The position numbers and the translations under genes were made by a program. A stretch of DNA of 64,000 nt from Escherichia coli phage Shin27. The stretch lies in the sequence record LC788709.1. One strand, given 5' to 3'. Of this stretch, positions 20,595 to 30,706 are shown piece after piece (the stretch's first letter is position 1; the number at the start of each line of letters is the position of its first letter). The notes beneath the pieces were generated by a model. That model worked only from the letters and a program-made list of their open reading frames with translations. It was not told where the DNA came from and searched no databases.

Positions 20595-21808
20595 TCTTTA
20601 TCCCCATCGGCAGTGCCTTGCGGTCTACCACCTTCTTGACCAGATACACCTGTTGCAGAACCAGCAACGTTAGCAGGAATACGAATCTTATTCATCTGCT
20701 CATCATCTAAAGGTTCAAGGTTAAGCTCTTCACGAGCCTCGTTACCAGTCATGATACCGTTATTAACCAAAGAGGTTAAATGTTTAGCCTCAGCTTCTTT
20801 ATCTGGCGTCAGTGCAGCTACTTCCTTAGTATTAGGAGTAACCTTGTAGCCAAAGAAGAAAGTAAGAGAACTAGTCAGCTTGTTCAGCATAGGAATGACA
20901 GTCATGTAATAGAACAATTCGATGTTTGGTCGAATGTTAGCATTATTACCACCATCAAGTAACACTTGCGGAACACCAAAGGCAAGACAGATGGATTTAT
21001 TAAATCCTTCGATATCTTCCTTGAAGTCTAGATCTTTAAAAGAGGATATTTGGGAGTACGGTTTTGCTTTCATACCACCATCTAGAATCAGGACAGTAGA
21101 CTGACCAGTACTAGGATTATAATCGAGTTGTAATTCTTCTTGTTTACGCTCACGCAATTTCTTGTTCAGGATTTCATCCGTCTCAAGAATAAGACCAATC
21201 ACAGTGCCGTTATCGAGGAACTTCTCTTTAAAGTTAAGCATTTTAGAACGCTTCTCAAGAGAGTCAATAACTGTAGCAACACGAGATTGTCCAGAAATTT
21301 GGGAGTTTGTGCCACACACGTAACTGTTATCCTTTATAAAGATAATCTCATCTACGCGATAGTCTATCTGGTTATTAAATATGAATTTTTTGATAAACTT
21401 ATTGGCATCTGCCTCTACTTGCATTAGTGCAGCAGGGACATGGTAAAGTGCTGTGCCATCCCAATAGATGTATGCACAACCCTCAAAAAGTAGGTCAGTG
21501 ACTACAAGTCTACGGAATGTGCTTATATCCATGAATGGATTAGGTCGTACATTTAAGAGAGTGTCTAGAGTCTTTGCCTTGACGCCATTAGCGTACGTGA
21601 CAATATTATATTTATCTCCGACAGTATAAGAACACTCCGCCGCACTATCGATAACCATGTTAGCAGTTCGGTTGAGAATCTCAATCTTACTGTAGGCTTG
21701 TCCAGTGGTAAATGGCTTACGGTTAGTGCGATGACTAACTGGTTCCATGTCTCTTATAATACGTTGACCCGGATTTAGCTTTTCAGTAATCCAGCTTTTT
21801 AAACCCAT
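20591..21808 (-). CDS. portal protein (pb7-like)
   Basis: 405-aa ORF between the terminase side and the protease/decoration genes. Size and position are typical. Confidence 0.85.
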   Translation of the reverse strand: MGLKSWITEKLNPGQRIIRDMEPVSHRTNRKPFTTGQAYSKIEILNRTANMVIDSAAECSYTVGDKYNIVTYANGVKAKTLDTLLNVRPNPFMDISTFRRLVVTDLLFEGCAYIYWDGTALYHVPAALMQVEADANKFIKKFIFNNQIDYRVDEIIFIKDNSYVCGTNSQISGQSRVATVIDSLEKRSKMLNFKEKFLDNGTVIGLILETDEILNKKLRERKQEELQLDYNPSTGQSTVLILDGGMKAKPYSQISSFKDLDFKEDIEGFNKSICLAFGVPQVLLDGGNNANIRPNIELFYYMTVIPMLNKLTSSLTFFFGYKVTPNTKEVAALTPDKEAEAKHLTSLVNNGIMTGNEAREELNLEPLDDEQMNKIRIPANVAGSATGVSGQEGGRPQGTADGDKE

Positions 21809-22332
21809 TATAAGAACCTTGCGAATCCTGATTTAGTTTCAGTCTTGACTTGTGTCTTTTCTTGAGGATTCTGTAGCTTTTCCTTTTGTTTAAGAACCCA
21901 TGCCTTCTGCTTATTAGCGGAAAAAAGAGGAGGTTCTTTAGTGTACACCTTATGTAATAGTTGGTGATGGTGTACACAAAGGGTAACAGTGTCATCTACT
22001 AGCTCATGCCTATATCTTTCATAGAATGCCGTCCTATTTGAGAGGACTGTTTCTTCGTCAGTGAAATCCAATTGGAGTTCTTTAGCAAATTTTTTGACTA
22101 GTAGAGACACTGTATGGTAATGATGAAGCTCTAATTCTTCACCACAACCACAGATTTCGCAGCGATCGGCTTTTTTATATTGACTTTTTATACCATCTCG
22201 CATGAGTGATATAGCATCACGTTTATATTTTACATTTCCTGCCACAGTATTCTCCTCAACTGTATGAATATAGTATACATAATCATGTCGAATTTGTAAA
22301 GGGGATTTTAAAATGCAGGAATGGGATACCAA
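21808..22332 (-). CDS. HNH-like zinc-finger protein between terminase and portal
   Basis: Contains CEICGC...LELHHYH...TLCVHHHQLLH (paired Cys plus His clusters). The likely true start is the GTG at 22245, preceded by a GAGGAG SD. A 9-bp hairpin at 22321-22348 lies inside the longer ORF version. Confidence 0.5.
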   Translation of the reverse strand: MVSHSCILKSPLQIRHDYVYYIHTVEENTVAGNVKYKRDAISLMRDGIKSQYKKADRCEICGCGEELELHHYHTVSLLVKKFAKELQLDFTDEETVLSNRTAFYERYRHELVDDTVTLCVHHHQLLHKVYTKEPPLFSANKQKAWVLKQKEKLQNPQEKTQVKTETKSGFARFL

Positions 22333-22359
22333 CTGAGTAGTATCCCATCCTATACTTAT

Positions 22360-23676
22360 TTATTTCCCACGGGAAATTGAGTAAATTCCATAACGCAGTG
22401 CGTCACAAAGGTGAGAGTTCGCATCATGACGTGGTTTTTCACGTGATAATTTCTCTTCGCCTTCCTGGAAGTCCCACTTGTAGTTCGCTAGGGCGTGGAT
22501 CAATGAGGTACATGAAGCATCTACGATGATCTTACCTTGCTGGAACAGTGCTTGCAGGCATGCCAAACCATCTAGGACAGATTTCTTAGCAGGTGCAGAA
22601 GCGATTTCATGTTCATAGGCTAAGTCCTGACGGAACTGAGCAGCAGCGGAGTCTACAAATATACGATCAACATTATAACGATCTATGCAGTGTTGGATAT
22701 AAGCAGCGTGTTGAGCTGTAGTCTTTTCAGCTTGCTGATACTCTTCCAGTACGTAGTAAATATCTTCATCGTAGTGATACTTAATAGTAAGAACTGCTGT
22801 AGGATCACGATAACCAACGTCGATACCAAGTAATGTTTCGAATGCTTCATCATCTTTAAAGAAGTGACGCATACCCTTGAGGTCTTTAACATGCTCTATA
22901 GCATTGAAAGTATCAAAGATCTGACCTTCGAATACGGAGAAGTCAGCTTCATATTCTTGGCGGAAGTAGTTTTTACTAACAGTACGACGCGCTTCCTCGA
23001 TATCGTTCAGGTCAGCACGTGGGTTATCACGATATGTACCATGAATGGATACCCAGTTAGGTAACGTTTCGTTAAATCCTTTCTCGTAGAACTCTTTGAA
23101 CCAGTTACCACCACGAGGTGTGGAAATAAATAGAGCTTTAGAGTTTGGCTTATCTAGGGTAGGACGTAACTGAATATCGAAAGCTGCACCACCAACGTCG
23201 GAAATCGCTGCTTCGTCAAAAATGATGAAGTCATATGAACGACCAACCGCGGAGTCAGCCTGAGCCGCAGAAGCTAGTTTAAAGAGAGAACCATTCGCCA
23301 GTTCAATCTCTTTATCTTTGGCATTCTCACGTTCAGTCTGTAGTCCATACTTCTTAATAAGACCACGAATCTGAGACCAACCGATATTAGCTAGGGAGTA
23401 GTTAGGTGCAACTACCAGCACCTTCACATTAGGTTCCAGAAGTTTTAGGAACCCAAGTGTATATGCGATGAATGACTTACCTACACGACGTGATACACAT
23501 GCAGTCACGAAGCGGTGTTTTGGGTCTTCCAGCGCATTAATGATTGCAATCTGAGGGGCATTAGGTGTAATCCCCTCTTGAGCTAAAATGCTAGAGACTG
23601 GCAGACGGAAGAATCGTTTGTCAATACCAAAGTCAATAACATCTGTGGTGTTAATATAGTCTCTAGAGACTTTCAT
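22360..23676 (-). CDS. terL: terminase large subunit
   Basis: 438-aa ORF with Walker A-like VSRRVGKS and Walker B-like YDFIIFDEAA, followed by a nuclease-type C-terminal half. Confidence 0.93.
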   Translation of the reverse strand: MKVSRDYINTTDVIDFGIDKRFFRLPVSSILAQEGITPNAPQIAIINALEDPKHRFVTACVSRRVGKSFIAYTLGFLKLLEPNVKVLVVAPNYSLANIGWSQIRGLIKKYGLQTERENAKDKEIELANGSLFKLASAAQADSAVGRSYDFIIFDEAAISDVGGAAFDIQLRPTLDKPNSKALFISTPRGGNWFKEFYEKGFNETLPNWVSIHGTYRDNPRADLNDIEEARRTVSKNYFRQEYEADFSVFEGQIFDTFNAIEHVKDLKGMRHFFKDDEAFETLLGIDVGYRDPTAVLTIKYHYDEDIYYVLEEYQQAEKTTAQHAAYIQHCIDRYNVDRIFVDSAAAQFRQDLAYEHEIASAPAKKSVLDGLACLQALFQQGKIIVDASCTSLIHALANYKWDFQEGEEKLSREKPRHDANSHLCDALRYGIYSISRGK

Positions 23677-24158
23677 TATCTCTTACCTCCTCCTGCTAGA
23701 GCGGTAATAAGATTCATATAGTTTTCGTCACCACTTCCAGCAATAATATTATTCTGAATATTAGTCTGGTTAGCCGGAGTACGGGCTGCTGCCTTCACTT
23801 TCTCCAGTTCTACCATCATTTTCATTTCTTCCATCTTCATCTTGTGCGCCTTCCAGAGAATATCCATGATATCCTGGTCAGAACCCATGCCAGTTTCTTC
23901 AAGTTCTTCCAGCTTACGCTTGATAACTTCGTCAAGAACTCCGAATAAGCGGTCACGATTACGGAAGCCACTTTCCATAAAGATATCGTTGAGATAGTTT
24001 TTAACTTCCCCACGATTCATTATATCACGGAATGCAATCTCGGACATTCCAAGACTACGAGCGGCGGCAGGAACATCACTACCGCACTGTAAATAGGCTT
24101 CAATAACATCCATGCCTTCGGGAGACATGAGATCGGGAACTAATACATCATTTGCCAT
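23676..24158 (-). CDS. terS: terminase small subunit
   Basis: 160-aa ORF whose stop overlaps the terL start. An N-terminal HTH-like segment ([17 protein letters not shown]) is present. Confidence 0.7.
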   Translation of the reverse strand: MANDVLVPDLMSPEGMDVIEAYLQCGSDVPAAARSLGMSEIAFRDIMNRGEVKNYLNDIFMESGFRNRDRLFGVLDEVIKRKLEELEETGMGSDQDIMDILWKAHKMKMEEMKMMVELEKVKAAARTPANQTNIQNNIIAGSGDENYMNLITALAGGGKR

Positions 24159-24168
24159 ATATCCTCCT

Positions 24169-25950
24169 TTAGGTTAGGCGTTGAACTGTTACACGTAGTC
24201 TTGGCAAGAAAACAGCTGCCGCTTCTGCAGCGTGAATGATAACACCCAACTCAACGTTGCCATTACCAAGGTTTTTAATAGTATAAATATATCCGTTCCT
24301 ACGGAAAGCAAACTCATCAGGCCTACTAGCCCAAGTCTGTGTATAACTATAGGAAGTTGTACTGTGATAAGGTACTAGATATCCAGGTGGCAGAGTAAGA
24401 ATCTGGTGGAATACACCATCACCAGCTGTATAACTTTGTTGACGTCTACCTTGTACCTGCCAAGCGCTACCGCCGTAAGTACGCACAGGCATTCCAGCAG
24501 TATTAAGATTACCCATAATAACTTCAGTAGTTAATATAACAGTAGAGTGAGCATTTGGTAATCCCAACCAAACTGTGGCCAAAGGTGTGTAGAAGTCACC
24601 AGCACCAGGGTAGGATGGAGTTATATCGTCCCCTACATAAGTACTTGCAACGTTGCCTGGGAATAACCTGAGTGGTACAGTACTAGGACTCCACACAGGT
24701 CCATGTTCATTACCAATGGAGTTGGTATTAGTATCTACATACCATTGTTTACCTACACCAAATTTATATAAGCTAATTTGAGAAGCTGCACCCCCATAGT
24801 TAACAGGAGACCACAACCCGCCATTACTAGAGCCGATAAATTCACATCGTGCAGTATTATCACCAAAAACTCCGGTATACGCAGCGTTATTACCAACATA
24901 CTCCATATCAGGGCGATAGCCTAAGTTTCCGAAAGCATTCTGGTTAATAAATTTATAGCCTGTATTTGGTAGGCTAACACCTTTAATAGTAAAATTAGAC
25001 GGAGATATTAGGATATCTGAACCGGTAAATGGATTACCAGAAACTCCCATACTACCATTAGAATAGCGCAGATTTAGCACATACCAAATAACCTTAGTTG
25101 GCGTAACGTTATACCAGTCCTGTACATATACCTTTCTAGCAGACTGAGCAGCCATATTAGAAGTAGAACCTCTACAAACATATATTTTTTCTGGGTATGC
25201 AGGAGATTGGTAAAGAACGTTTACGTTATCTGGTAGTACGCCTTTTTTACCTGCGAAGCCACGAATATTAGAACTACAAACATAAAACCAATCATGGCCT
25301 CTACCAGCAGAACCAATAGGCGCCTGCCAGTTAGGTTCCCAATAATCTGCGTTACCACCATCTAAAGGAACAGTAGAGACACCAGTTGGAAAACCCATAA
25401 GACTCCAGGCTCTGGCAATGGCTTCACCAGCAGAAACACCACCAGGTCTAAAGATCTGGAAACCAGAGGACTGTAGTAAACTGCCTCCAGAACCTTGCCT
25501 AGCAATAGATTCCTCATGACCAAGACCACCATTATAGATATAAGTACCATGAGCTAAACTATCACCGATCGCAAAAGCAGATGTTACAGATAATTCAGCA
25601 CCAGCACGTGGTGGGTCTTCAAAGAATGATAAGAACTGGCCAACCTGAGATTGAGTACCATTCAGAAATCCACGATGAGTACCGTTTATCTCAATAGCAG
25701 TTAATATAACTCTACCCGGATCATTGGATTTAATATTTATAATATCCCAAGGCATCTGAGTAACAAAGTATCCATTACCTGCATTACCTAGGGCTGCTTC
25801 ATAAGTCCCATCAACTAGGACAAATGGCATATCTGAGTGGAAGATACTATTAGTATTTGGAGAGTAGTGCTGATTTATATCACCACCATTAGCAGCGTTT
25901 AGAGATAATACAGTTTTACCATCACTAAATTTTCCTGCGAAAAAACTCAT
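24169..25950 (-). CDS. oad: receptor-binding tail protein (pb5/Oad-like)
   Basis: 593-aa beta-rich ORF starting MSFFAGK. It is the last late gene and lies divergent from the Llp-like lipoprotein gene, as in T5. Confidence 0.8.
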   Translation of the reverse strand: MSFFAGKFSDGKTVLSLNAANGGDINQHYSPNTNSIFHSDMPFVLVDGTYEAALGNAGNGYFVTQMPWDIINIKSNDPGRVILTAIEINGTHRGFLNGTQSQVGQFLSFFEDPPRAGAELSVTSAFAIGDSLAHGTYIYNGGLGHEESIARQGSGGSLLQSSGFQIFRPGGVSAGEAIARAWSLMGFPTGVSTVPLDGGNADYWEPNWQAPIGSAGRGHDWFYVCSSNIRGFAGKKGVLPDNVNVLYQSPAYPEKIYVCRGSTSNMAAQSARKVYVQDWYNVTPTKVIWYVLNLRYSNGSMGVSGNPFTGSDILISPSNFTIKGVSLPNTGYKFINQNAFGNLGYRPDMEYVGNNAAYTGVFGDNTARCEFIGSSNGGLWSPVNYGGAASQISLYKFGVGKQWYVDTNTNSIGNEHGPVWSPSTVPLRLFPGNVASTYVGDDITPSYPGAGDFYTPLATVWLGLPNAHSTVILTTEVIMGNLNTAGMPVRTYGGSAWQVQGRRQQSYTAGDGVFHQILTLPPGYLVPYHSTTSYSYTQTWASRPDEFAFRRNGYIYTIKNLGNGNVELGVIIHAAEAAAVFLPRLRVTVQRLT

Positions 25951-25975
25951 ACAATCTCCTTCTTTAAAAATGTAT

Positions 25976-26004
25976 TTGCTTAGATCCCTCTATTTTGCTA
26001 TAAT
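25976..26004 (+). promoter_or_regulatory. sigma70 promoter of llp
   Basis: TTGCTT, 17 nt, TATAAT, located 30 nt upstream of the llp ATG. Confidence 0.65.
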
Positions 26005-26033
26005 ATATTTATAAATTAAACAGAGGAACGATT

Positions 26034-26300
26034 ATGAAAAAGTTACTAGCCATCGTAGTTGCAGCAGTAGTGTTGACGGGTTGTGTGCCAGCTCCCGAGC
26101 CATTTTGTAAGGCATATGTGAAGTCTTATGGTCATGTTGGTGAAGAACACTACGCTTTAGATATTCGAGAAGCACGTACTGTGGGCTACCGATTCCCTAA
26201 AACTCAGTTACGCACTAAGTTTGGGTGGTGGGATTTGTCACAGTTTGATCTCAAATATGGTGATTGCAAATTTAAACTAGAACAATCTGGTCACTTGTAA
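26034..26300 (+). CDS. llp: Llp-like superinfection-exclusion lipoprotein
   Basis: 88-aa ORF with a signal peptide and lipobox (MKKLLAIVVAAVVLTGC). It has its own consensus sigma70 promoter and is adjacent to the receptor-binding protein gene. Confidence 0.75.
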   Translation: MKKLLAIVVAAVVLTGCVPAPEPFCKAYVKSYGHVGEEHYALDIREARTVGYRFPKTQLRTKFGWWDLSQFDLKYGDCKFKLEQSGHL

Positions 26301-26629
26301 TTAGTATAAAGTAAAAAGATCTCGAAGTAAACAAAAATTTTTATTTCTGGGATGAGGTACAGGTAGCAAACACAATGCAAGATGAAGAAAAGTCCTTTCA
26401 GGAACCTGTTAACTTTGAAATAAATCCCAGGAATAAAAAGCAATACATGATGCAATTGATGAAATCATTCAAGACGTCATAGAAGATACAATAGAAGACG
26501 TGATGGGAACATCCTTCTTACTAGAAGAATCCGGCTTCGACGAAGTAATGGATCTAATCGGGACAGTCGTAATGGTTCGTGCAATTGCTAGGGTATTCCA
26601 AATACCAAGACTATAGGAGAAGCAAAGAG

Positions 26630-26764
26630 ATGTCAGACGACAACAGAAGAAAGAACAGACGCGGGGAAGTGTACGAAAGTTGGATAAATAGTTTCGGATT
26701 CGGGACTGTGTTATTCTTTATCTTTGTACTCTTTTGGTTAGCAGCTATGGCGGGGTGGTTATAA
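26630..26764 (+). CDS. small single-pass membrane protein
   Basis: This internal ATG of the 26579 ORF has an AGGAG SD. The 44-aa product has a basic N-terminus and one TM segment (FGTVLFFIFVLFWLAAMAGW). Confidence 0.45.
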   Translation: MSDDNRRKNRRGEVYESWINSFGFGTVLFFIFVLFWLAAMAGWL

Positions 26765-26868
26765 TGGAAGTAGTAATTATTACTTTACTAGTTGTGGTAA
26801 TTATAGGGCAGTGTATTTTAGATAACCACTTAGCTCGTATTGAACGTAAGCTGCGGGGAGATAAATAA
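26764..26868 (+). CDS. small single-pass membrane peptide (34 aa)
   Basis: MEVVIITLLVVVIIGQCIL... Its start overlaps the upstream stop (TAATG) and its stop overlaps the next start (TAATG). It is below the ORF-track cutoff. Confidence 0.35.
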   Translation: MEVVIITLLVVVIIGQCILDNHLARIERKLRGDK

Positions 26869-27062
26869 TGGATTGGTTAGGACTTATTACACTTGTAGTA
26901 TGGATTGTCTGGATTGTTGGATACATGACGTCACATCGTAATCGTATACAGAAGCTAGAGGATAAAGTCACCCAACTAAACATTAATATGGATAAGTTAC
27001 TGGACTCCCAACGTAATGATCGGGCGCGTATTCACCAACTTGAGAGGGAATTAGATGTTTAG
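26868..27062 (+). CDS. small single-pass membrane protein
   Basis: 64-aa ORF with an N-terminal TM (LGLITLVVWIVWIVGY) and a charged helical tail. It is translationally coupled on both sides. Confidence 0.5.
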   Translation: MDWLGLITLVVWIVWIVGYMTSHRNRIQKLEDKVTQLNINMDKLLDSQRNDRARIHQLERELDV

Positions 27063-27300
27063 CTTTGTAGCTATCTTCATTATCGGAGTGCTTGCGGGGA
27101 TCTTCGGAACACTCGGGGCGATTAACAAGCATCGTGAATACGTTGCGGGAATATCGCGGGAGCTTTCGGAAAGGGAGCGGAGGTTTGCGGAGAAACGTGC
27201 GGAGTTTGAGCGGGAGTGGTCGGATGGATCTCGGGCGTCGCGGAGGAGATTTCGTATGTCAGAATCAGGAGACAAGCCGGTAGACCGGTGTTCCTCCTAA
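27055..27300 (+). CDS. small single-pass membrane protein
   Basis: 81-aa ORF with an N-terminal TM (FVAIFIIGVLAGIFGTLGAI) and an Arg/Glu-rich tail. A strong terminator follows. Confidence 0.5.
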   Translation: MFSFVAIFIIGVLAGIFGTLGAINKHREYVAGISRELSERERRFAEKRAEFEREWSDGSRASRRRFRMSESGDKPVDRCSS

Positions 27301-27413
27301 GTTAGCGCTAATTACCAATTCTCGAAATCTCATAAGATTACACATGAAGGTGTGCCCAGAGGTTACCTAGATGAGAATGAGTCTCATTACCGCCCCGGTA
27401 CTTAGCAAGCTAA

Positions 27414-27457
27414 TAGTCACACTATGTGATGATAACATAGTGTGACTATTTTATTTT
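27414..27457 (+). terminator. Rho-independent terminator ending the small-membrane-protein operon
   Basis: A perfect 13-bp stem, TAGTCACACTATG/CATAGTGTGACTA, is followed by TTTTATTTTT. It lies tail-to-tail with dmp. Confidence 0.8.
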
Positions 27458-27463
27458 TAATTG

Positions 27464-28198
27464 TTAGGCGACTTTTAATTTATCAATGAATTGTTGCGGG
27501 CTGCAACTATATTCTGCGCGTTCTTCCTCGGTCATACCTTCCCAACACATTTTTAAACGGTCGGCTAGGAATTGATAATCATTATCATCATCTAATGATT
27601 CATCAATAAAGGTTTCACCGATCAATGTTACGCCGATTGATAGGATATCATTAACGGCTTGAGCGTCCAGCGTTTTAAATCCAGCACTTGCCGCCGCCGA
27701 TAATACGCCTTTATGATCATCAATCATCGTAAAATCAGCGTTCGGATATAACTGTTTAAACAGTTCAAAGTAATAGCTTTTGTATACAGCGTCTTTACTA
27801 TGATATATTTCGCTAACCTTATCCGCTTCAAAGTATTTGTGTAATGTATCGCGAGAGAATACGCGGATATTGCTATTTCCGCGCCCTCGCAAGCCTTGTT
27901 TACGCAAATAAAAGTAATCGCTTTTAGACATAAGGCGCGCGGTACAAATAATATTTAAAGTATTTGCATCATTCATACATTGGCGCATATATTCAACCAA
28001 TGGCAATAAAGAATCCTGCATAATTAAATCATGTTTACAGGCTTCGCGTGAATACTTATTTAAATTTAAATTCCCGTTATCATCAAAGCAAGGCGCTACA
28101 CGGTGGAAAGAATTAATGATAGTTCCGTCTAAGTCCCAAATCATAACGCGGGAAATATGCGGGAAAGCGCGGGCAATATTCAAGGTTACTTGATTCAT
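27464..28198 (-). CDS. dmp: 5'-deoxyribonucleotidase (T5 Dmp-like, HAD family)
   Basis: 244-aa ORF with the HAD motif I (IWDLDGTIINS). It sits in the pre-early position next to A1. Confidence 0.8.
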   Translation of the reverse strand: MNQVTLNIARAFPHISRVMIWDLDGTIINSFHRVAPCFDDNGNLNLNKYSREACKHDLIMQDSLLPLVEYMRQCMNDANTLNIICTARLMSKSDYFYLRKQGLRGRGNSNIRVFSRDTLHKYFEADKVSEIYHSKDAVYKSYYFELFKQLYPNADFTMIDDHKGVLSAAASAGFKTLDAQAVNDILSIGVTLIGETFIDESLDDDNDYQFLADRLKMCWEGMTEEERAEYSCSPQQFIDKLKVA

Positions 28199-28285
28199 TT
28201 GTTACATTCTCCATTTAAGGGATTTAGGTTAATTCAATCTTGCCAGCTAATTATATTGGATTAGCTGGCAATGTTCAATTAACTA

Positions 28286-28678
28286 TTAATTAGTGAGGCC
28301 ATACGCTAGCGCGTCACCAATAAAGCTAATATCTTCACCATGTACGCTAGAACGAATCCCCGCGCAAGTGTAAACCATCGCGCTAGCTTCTGGATTGCAG
28401 ACCGGACACGGCTTAACAACTGCAAACGCTAGACCGGATTTAAGCGCATCAATAATAATTGTTTGCACTGTCAAAGTATCAGCGTAAACGCCTTTTGCTT
28501 TCGTATGGCTTGCCACTTTGCCGGTATCATAAGCAAAGGTAGTAACCTGCAAAGCGTCGTTATAATTCAGCAAATCAAAATTAACTTGCCCCGCCTCGAC
28601 GTGATAACGTTCACCATTAGAATAAACTAGAACGATGGAAGAAGTAGCACGATCAAAAGGAATGTTTTGGTTTTTCAT
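28286..28678 (-). CDS. hypothetical pre-early protein
   Basis: 130-aa ORF flanked by GC hairpins. No motif was recognised. Confidence 0.55.
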   Translation of the reverse strand: MKNQNIPFDRATSSIVLVYSNGERYHVEAGQVNFDLLNYNDALQVTTFAYDTGKVASHTKAKGVYADTLTVQTIIIDALKSGLAFAVVKPCPVCNPEASAMVYTCAGIRSSVHGEDISFIGDALAYGLTN

Positions 28679-28710
28679 GTTTATGACTCCAGATTATTTA
28701 ATTACGGGAT

Positions 28711-28989
28711 TTATTGAAAAAATACATTTAAAGATAAATCAGTTTTACGAAAATATGTTTCGTCGCCGTCTTTCCTTTCTTGATTAAGGTAATCGCCTGT
28801 CATTACCTGAATATGATCTTTTTCGAAAAAGATCATATTTTCGCCAATATTACTATCCCATACGGCATACATTCCCGCGTACATTCCACGGGTAACTAAA
28901 TAAACGCAACTATCAAAAGACATTTCAGACCATGCAATATCTTCTAAACAATTGCTATCAGGGATAGATATATTAATTTTACTAGCCAT
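28711..28989 (-). CDS. hypothetical pre-early protein
   Basis: 92-aa ORF between A1 and the 130-aa ORF. Confidence 0.5.
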   Translation of the reverse strand: MASKINISIPDSNCLEDIAWSEMSFDSCVYLVTRGMYAGMYAVWDSNIGENMIFFEKDHIQVMTGDYLNQERKDGDETYFRKTDLSLNVFFQ

Positions 28990-29041
28990 TTAATAAACCT
29001 TTTATTAATGGCGGTATATTTCAACCGCCGATTAAATTTAA

Positions 29042-30706
29042 TTATGCAAAGAATTTACCGTTTTTGAAATCAATCAAAGTACGTTGCCCGTTTGCATAGG
29101 TAATTAAATGCGTTTGCGTCCAGCTTGACGCGCCCACGTTGTAGCCCATATCAAGGGAACCAGCAACGCCAGCGGTATAAACGCCGCCGTAAATGCTAGC
29201 CGTGTGAGTGTGACCAGTGTTAAGGCGTCCCAACTTTTTAAACTGCTTAGGATTGCCCCGACTGCCGTTAATGCCATTGTGACCATGTACGCCGCATTCA
29301 ATGCCAGCGATTTTAAAGGACTGGTCAGTAGTCAAAAAAATGGCGTTAAATTCGCATCCTGCAACGTTTCTAAGCGCATAATCTAACACGTTAAAGGTAT
29401 CATCCTTTTCAGCAATAGCGGCGTAAATCGCAGCGTTTAGACGGTGATACAGTTCCGCGTTTGCGGGATCATCTTTAATGTTTGCGTTACGATCATCTAA
29501 CCAGCGGGATAATGCTAAATCATGGTTAGATTCCACAATGATTGTTTGACTAAAATCACGTTCCATAGATTCTAATACGCGTCCAGTATCGATAAGATCA
29601 TCAATAACTTTATCACGTCCGGCGGCGTATTGTTTCGCAAGGAATACACCACTAGCGCGGTTATGATGGTTACGCGATGTAAAATCATGCACGTCATGAA
29701 TAAATTGATATTTCGGTTTAAGAATATCAAGCAAGCTGTTTTCACTAGCCCATGAAGCGACGGCGCAATCATCATCTAATTTTTCGGCGTGAATATCGCC
29801 ATATTGCAAGCCTAGAACATGATCGGACGTTTCAAAACATCCGGTAGGCATAGCGCAAACATTCAAATCATAGAACATTCCGCTTTCATCCATTGTTTCA
29901 ATCTGGCGAGCATAAAATTCGCCGTCGTCGTCGAACTCTACCAGCAAAGCGCCATAATTATGTAAAGCCTCAGCTTTTTGACCTGCTTTCTGCTGAATGT
30001 AGTTTTTAAGCGTAGCCGTTCCGGTTGAATACATACGGCACACTACTTCACCTTTTAACGCTGGCACACTTTCAGCGGTAATTTTAGCGTGACCAATTGC
30101 CAGACCTTCAATATTTAAAGCCGTGGCGGTTTCTGCGAATCCTGAAAGCGGGTAATCTGCCGTTGGTAAAACGTTAATTTCAGCCATGAAAGCAAAGCGG
30201 CGGTTATTTAAAAATACGTTTTTATCACAAACATATTTATCAAATGCGGGATCGTATTTAATACCGTTTGCCCCTTCCCCGTTCTGAAATCCGTTTTTGT
30301 TGTAAATGAATTTGCTAACAAGTAATTCAGCGCCGCAATATTCAGCGAATTTTTCCAGACTTGCTAAAAAGTTTTTATGCGGGAAAGTATTATTTTGAAT
30401 CGACGTTAGAATAAAACGGCGACCGGACTTAACTTCCCATTGCTCAACGGTGCTAGAAACAATTCCCGCCGCCTCTGGGCGATCATCGTTTTTAATCGCC
30501 TTTTCGGCTTTTGCCGCTTTCGGTTTCGCTGGTTTATTTGCTTCCAGCCAGTCACAAATTGCGGTCGAATGTTTCGGCGTACCATAAACAGCTTTTGAAA
30601 TATCGTCGCAAACTTCCAATTTAGTAGCGCGTAAACGCTTACCGTAGAAGTTAAAATCTGCGGCCATTTTCAAAATTTGAGCTTGTTTTTCTGCGGAAAT
30701 ATTCAT
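29042..30706 (-). CDS. A1: pre-early protein A1 (metallophosphoesterase/Mre11-like fold)
   Basis: 554-aa ORF with calcineurin-like motifs in order: GDIHAE, IHDVHD, ESNHD, GVHGHNG, GHTHT. Size and position match T5 A1. Confidence 0.85.
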   Translation of the reverse strand: MNISAEKQAQILKMAADFNFYGKRLRATKLEVCDDISKAVYGTPKHSTAICDWLEANKPAKPKAAKAEKAIKNDDRPEAAGIVSSTVEQWEVKSGRRFILTSIQNNTFPHKNFLASLEKFAEYCGAELLVSKFIYNKNGFQNGEGANGIKYDPAFDKYVCDKNVFLNNRRFAFMAEINVLPTADYPLSGFAETATALNIEGLAIGHAKITAESVPALKGEVVCRMYSTGTATLKNYIQQKAGQKAEALHNYGALLVEFDDDGEFYARQIETMDESGMFYDLNVCAMPTGCFETSDHVLGLQYGDIHAEKLDDDCAVASWASENSLLDILKPKYQFIHDVHDFTSRNHHNRASGVFLAKQYAAGRDKVIDDLIDTGRVLESMERDFSQTIIVESNHDLALSRWLDDRNANIKDDPANAELYHRLNAAIYAAIAEKDDTFNVLDYALRNVAGCEFNAIFLTTDQSFKIAGIECGVHGHNGINGSRGNPKQFKKLGRLNTGHTHTASIYGGVYTAGVAGSLDMGYNVGASSWTQTHLITYANGQRTLIDFKNGKFFA

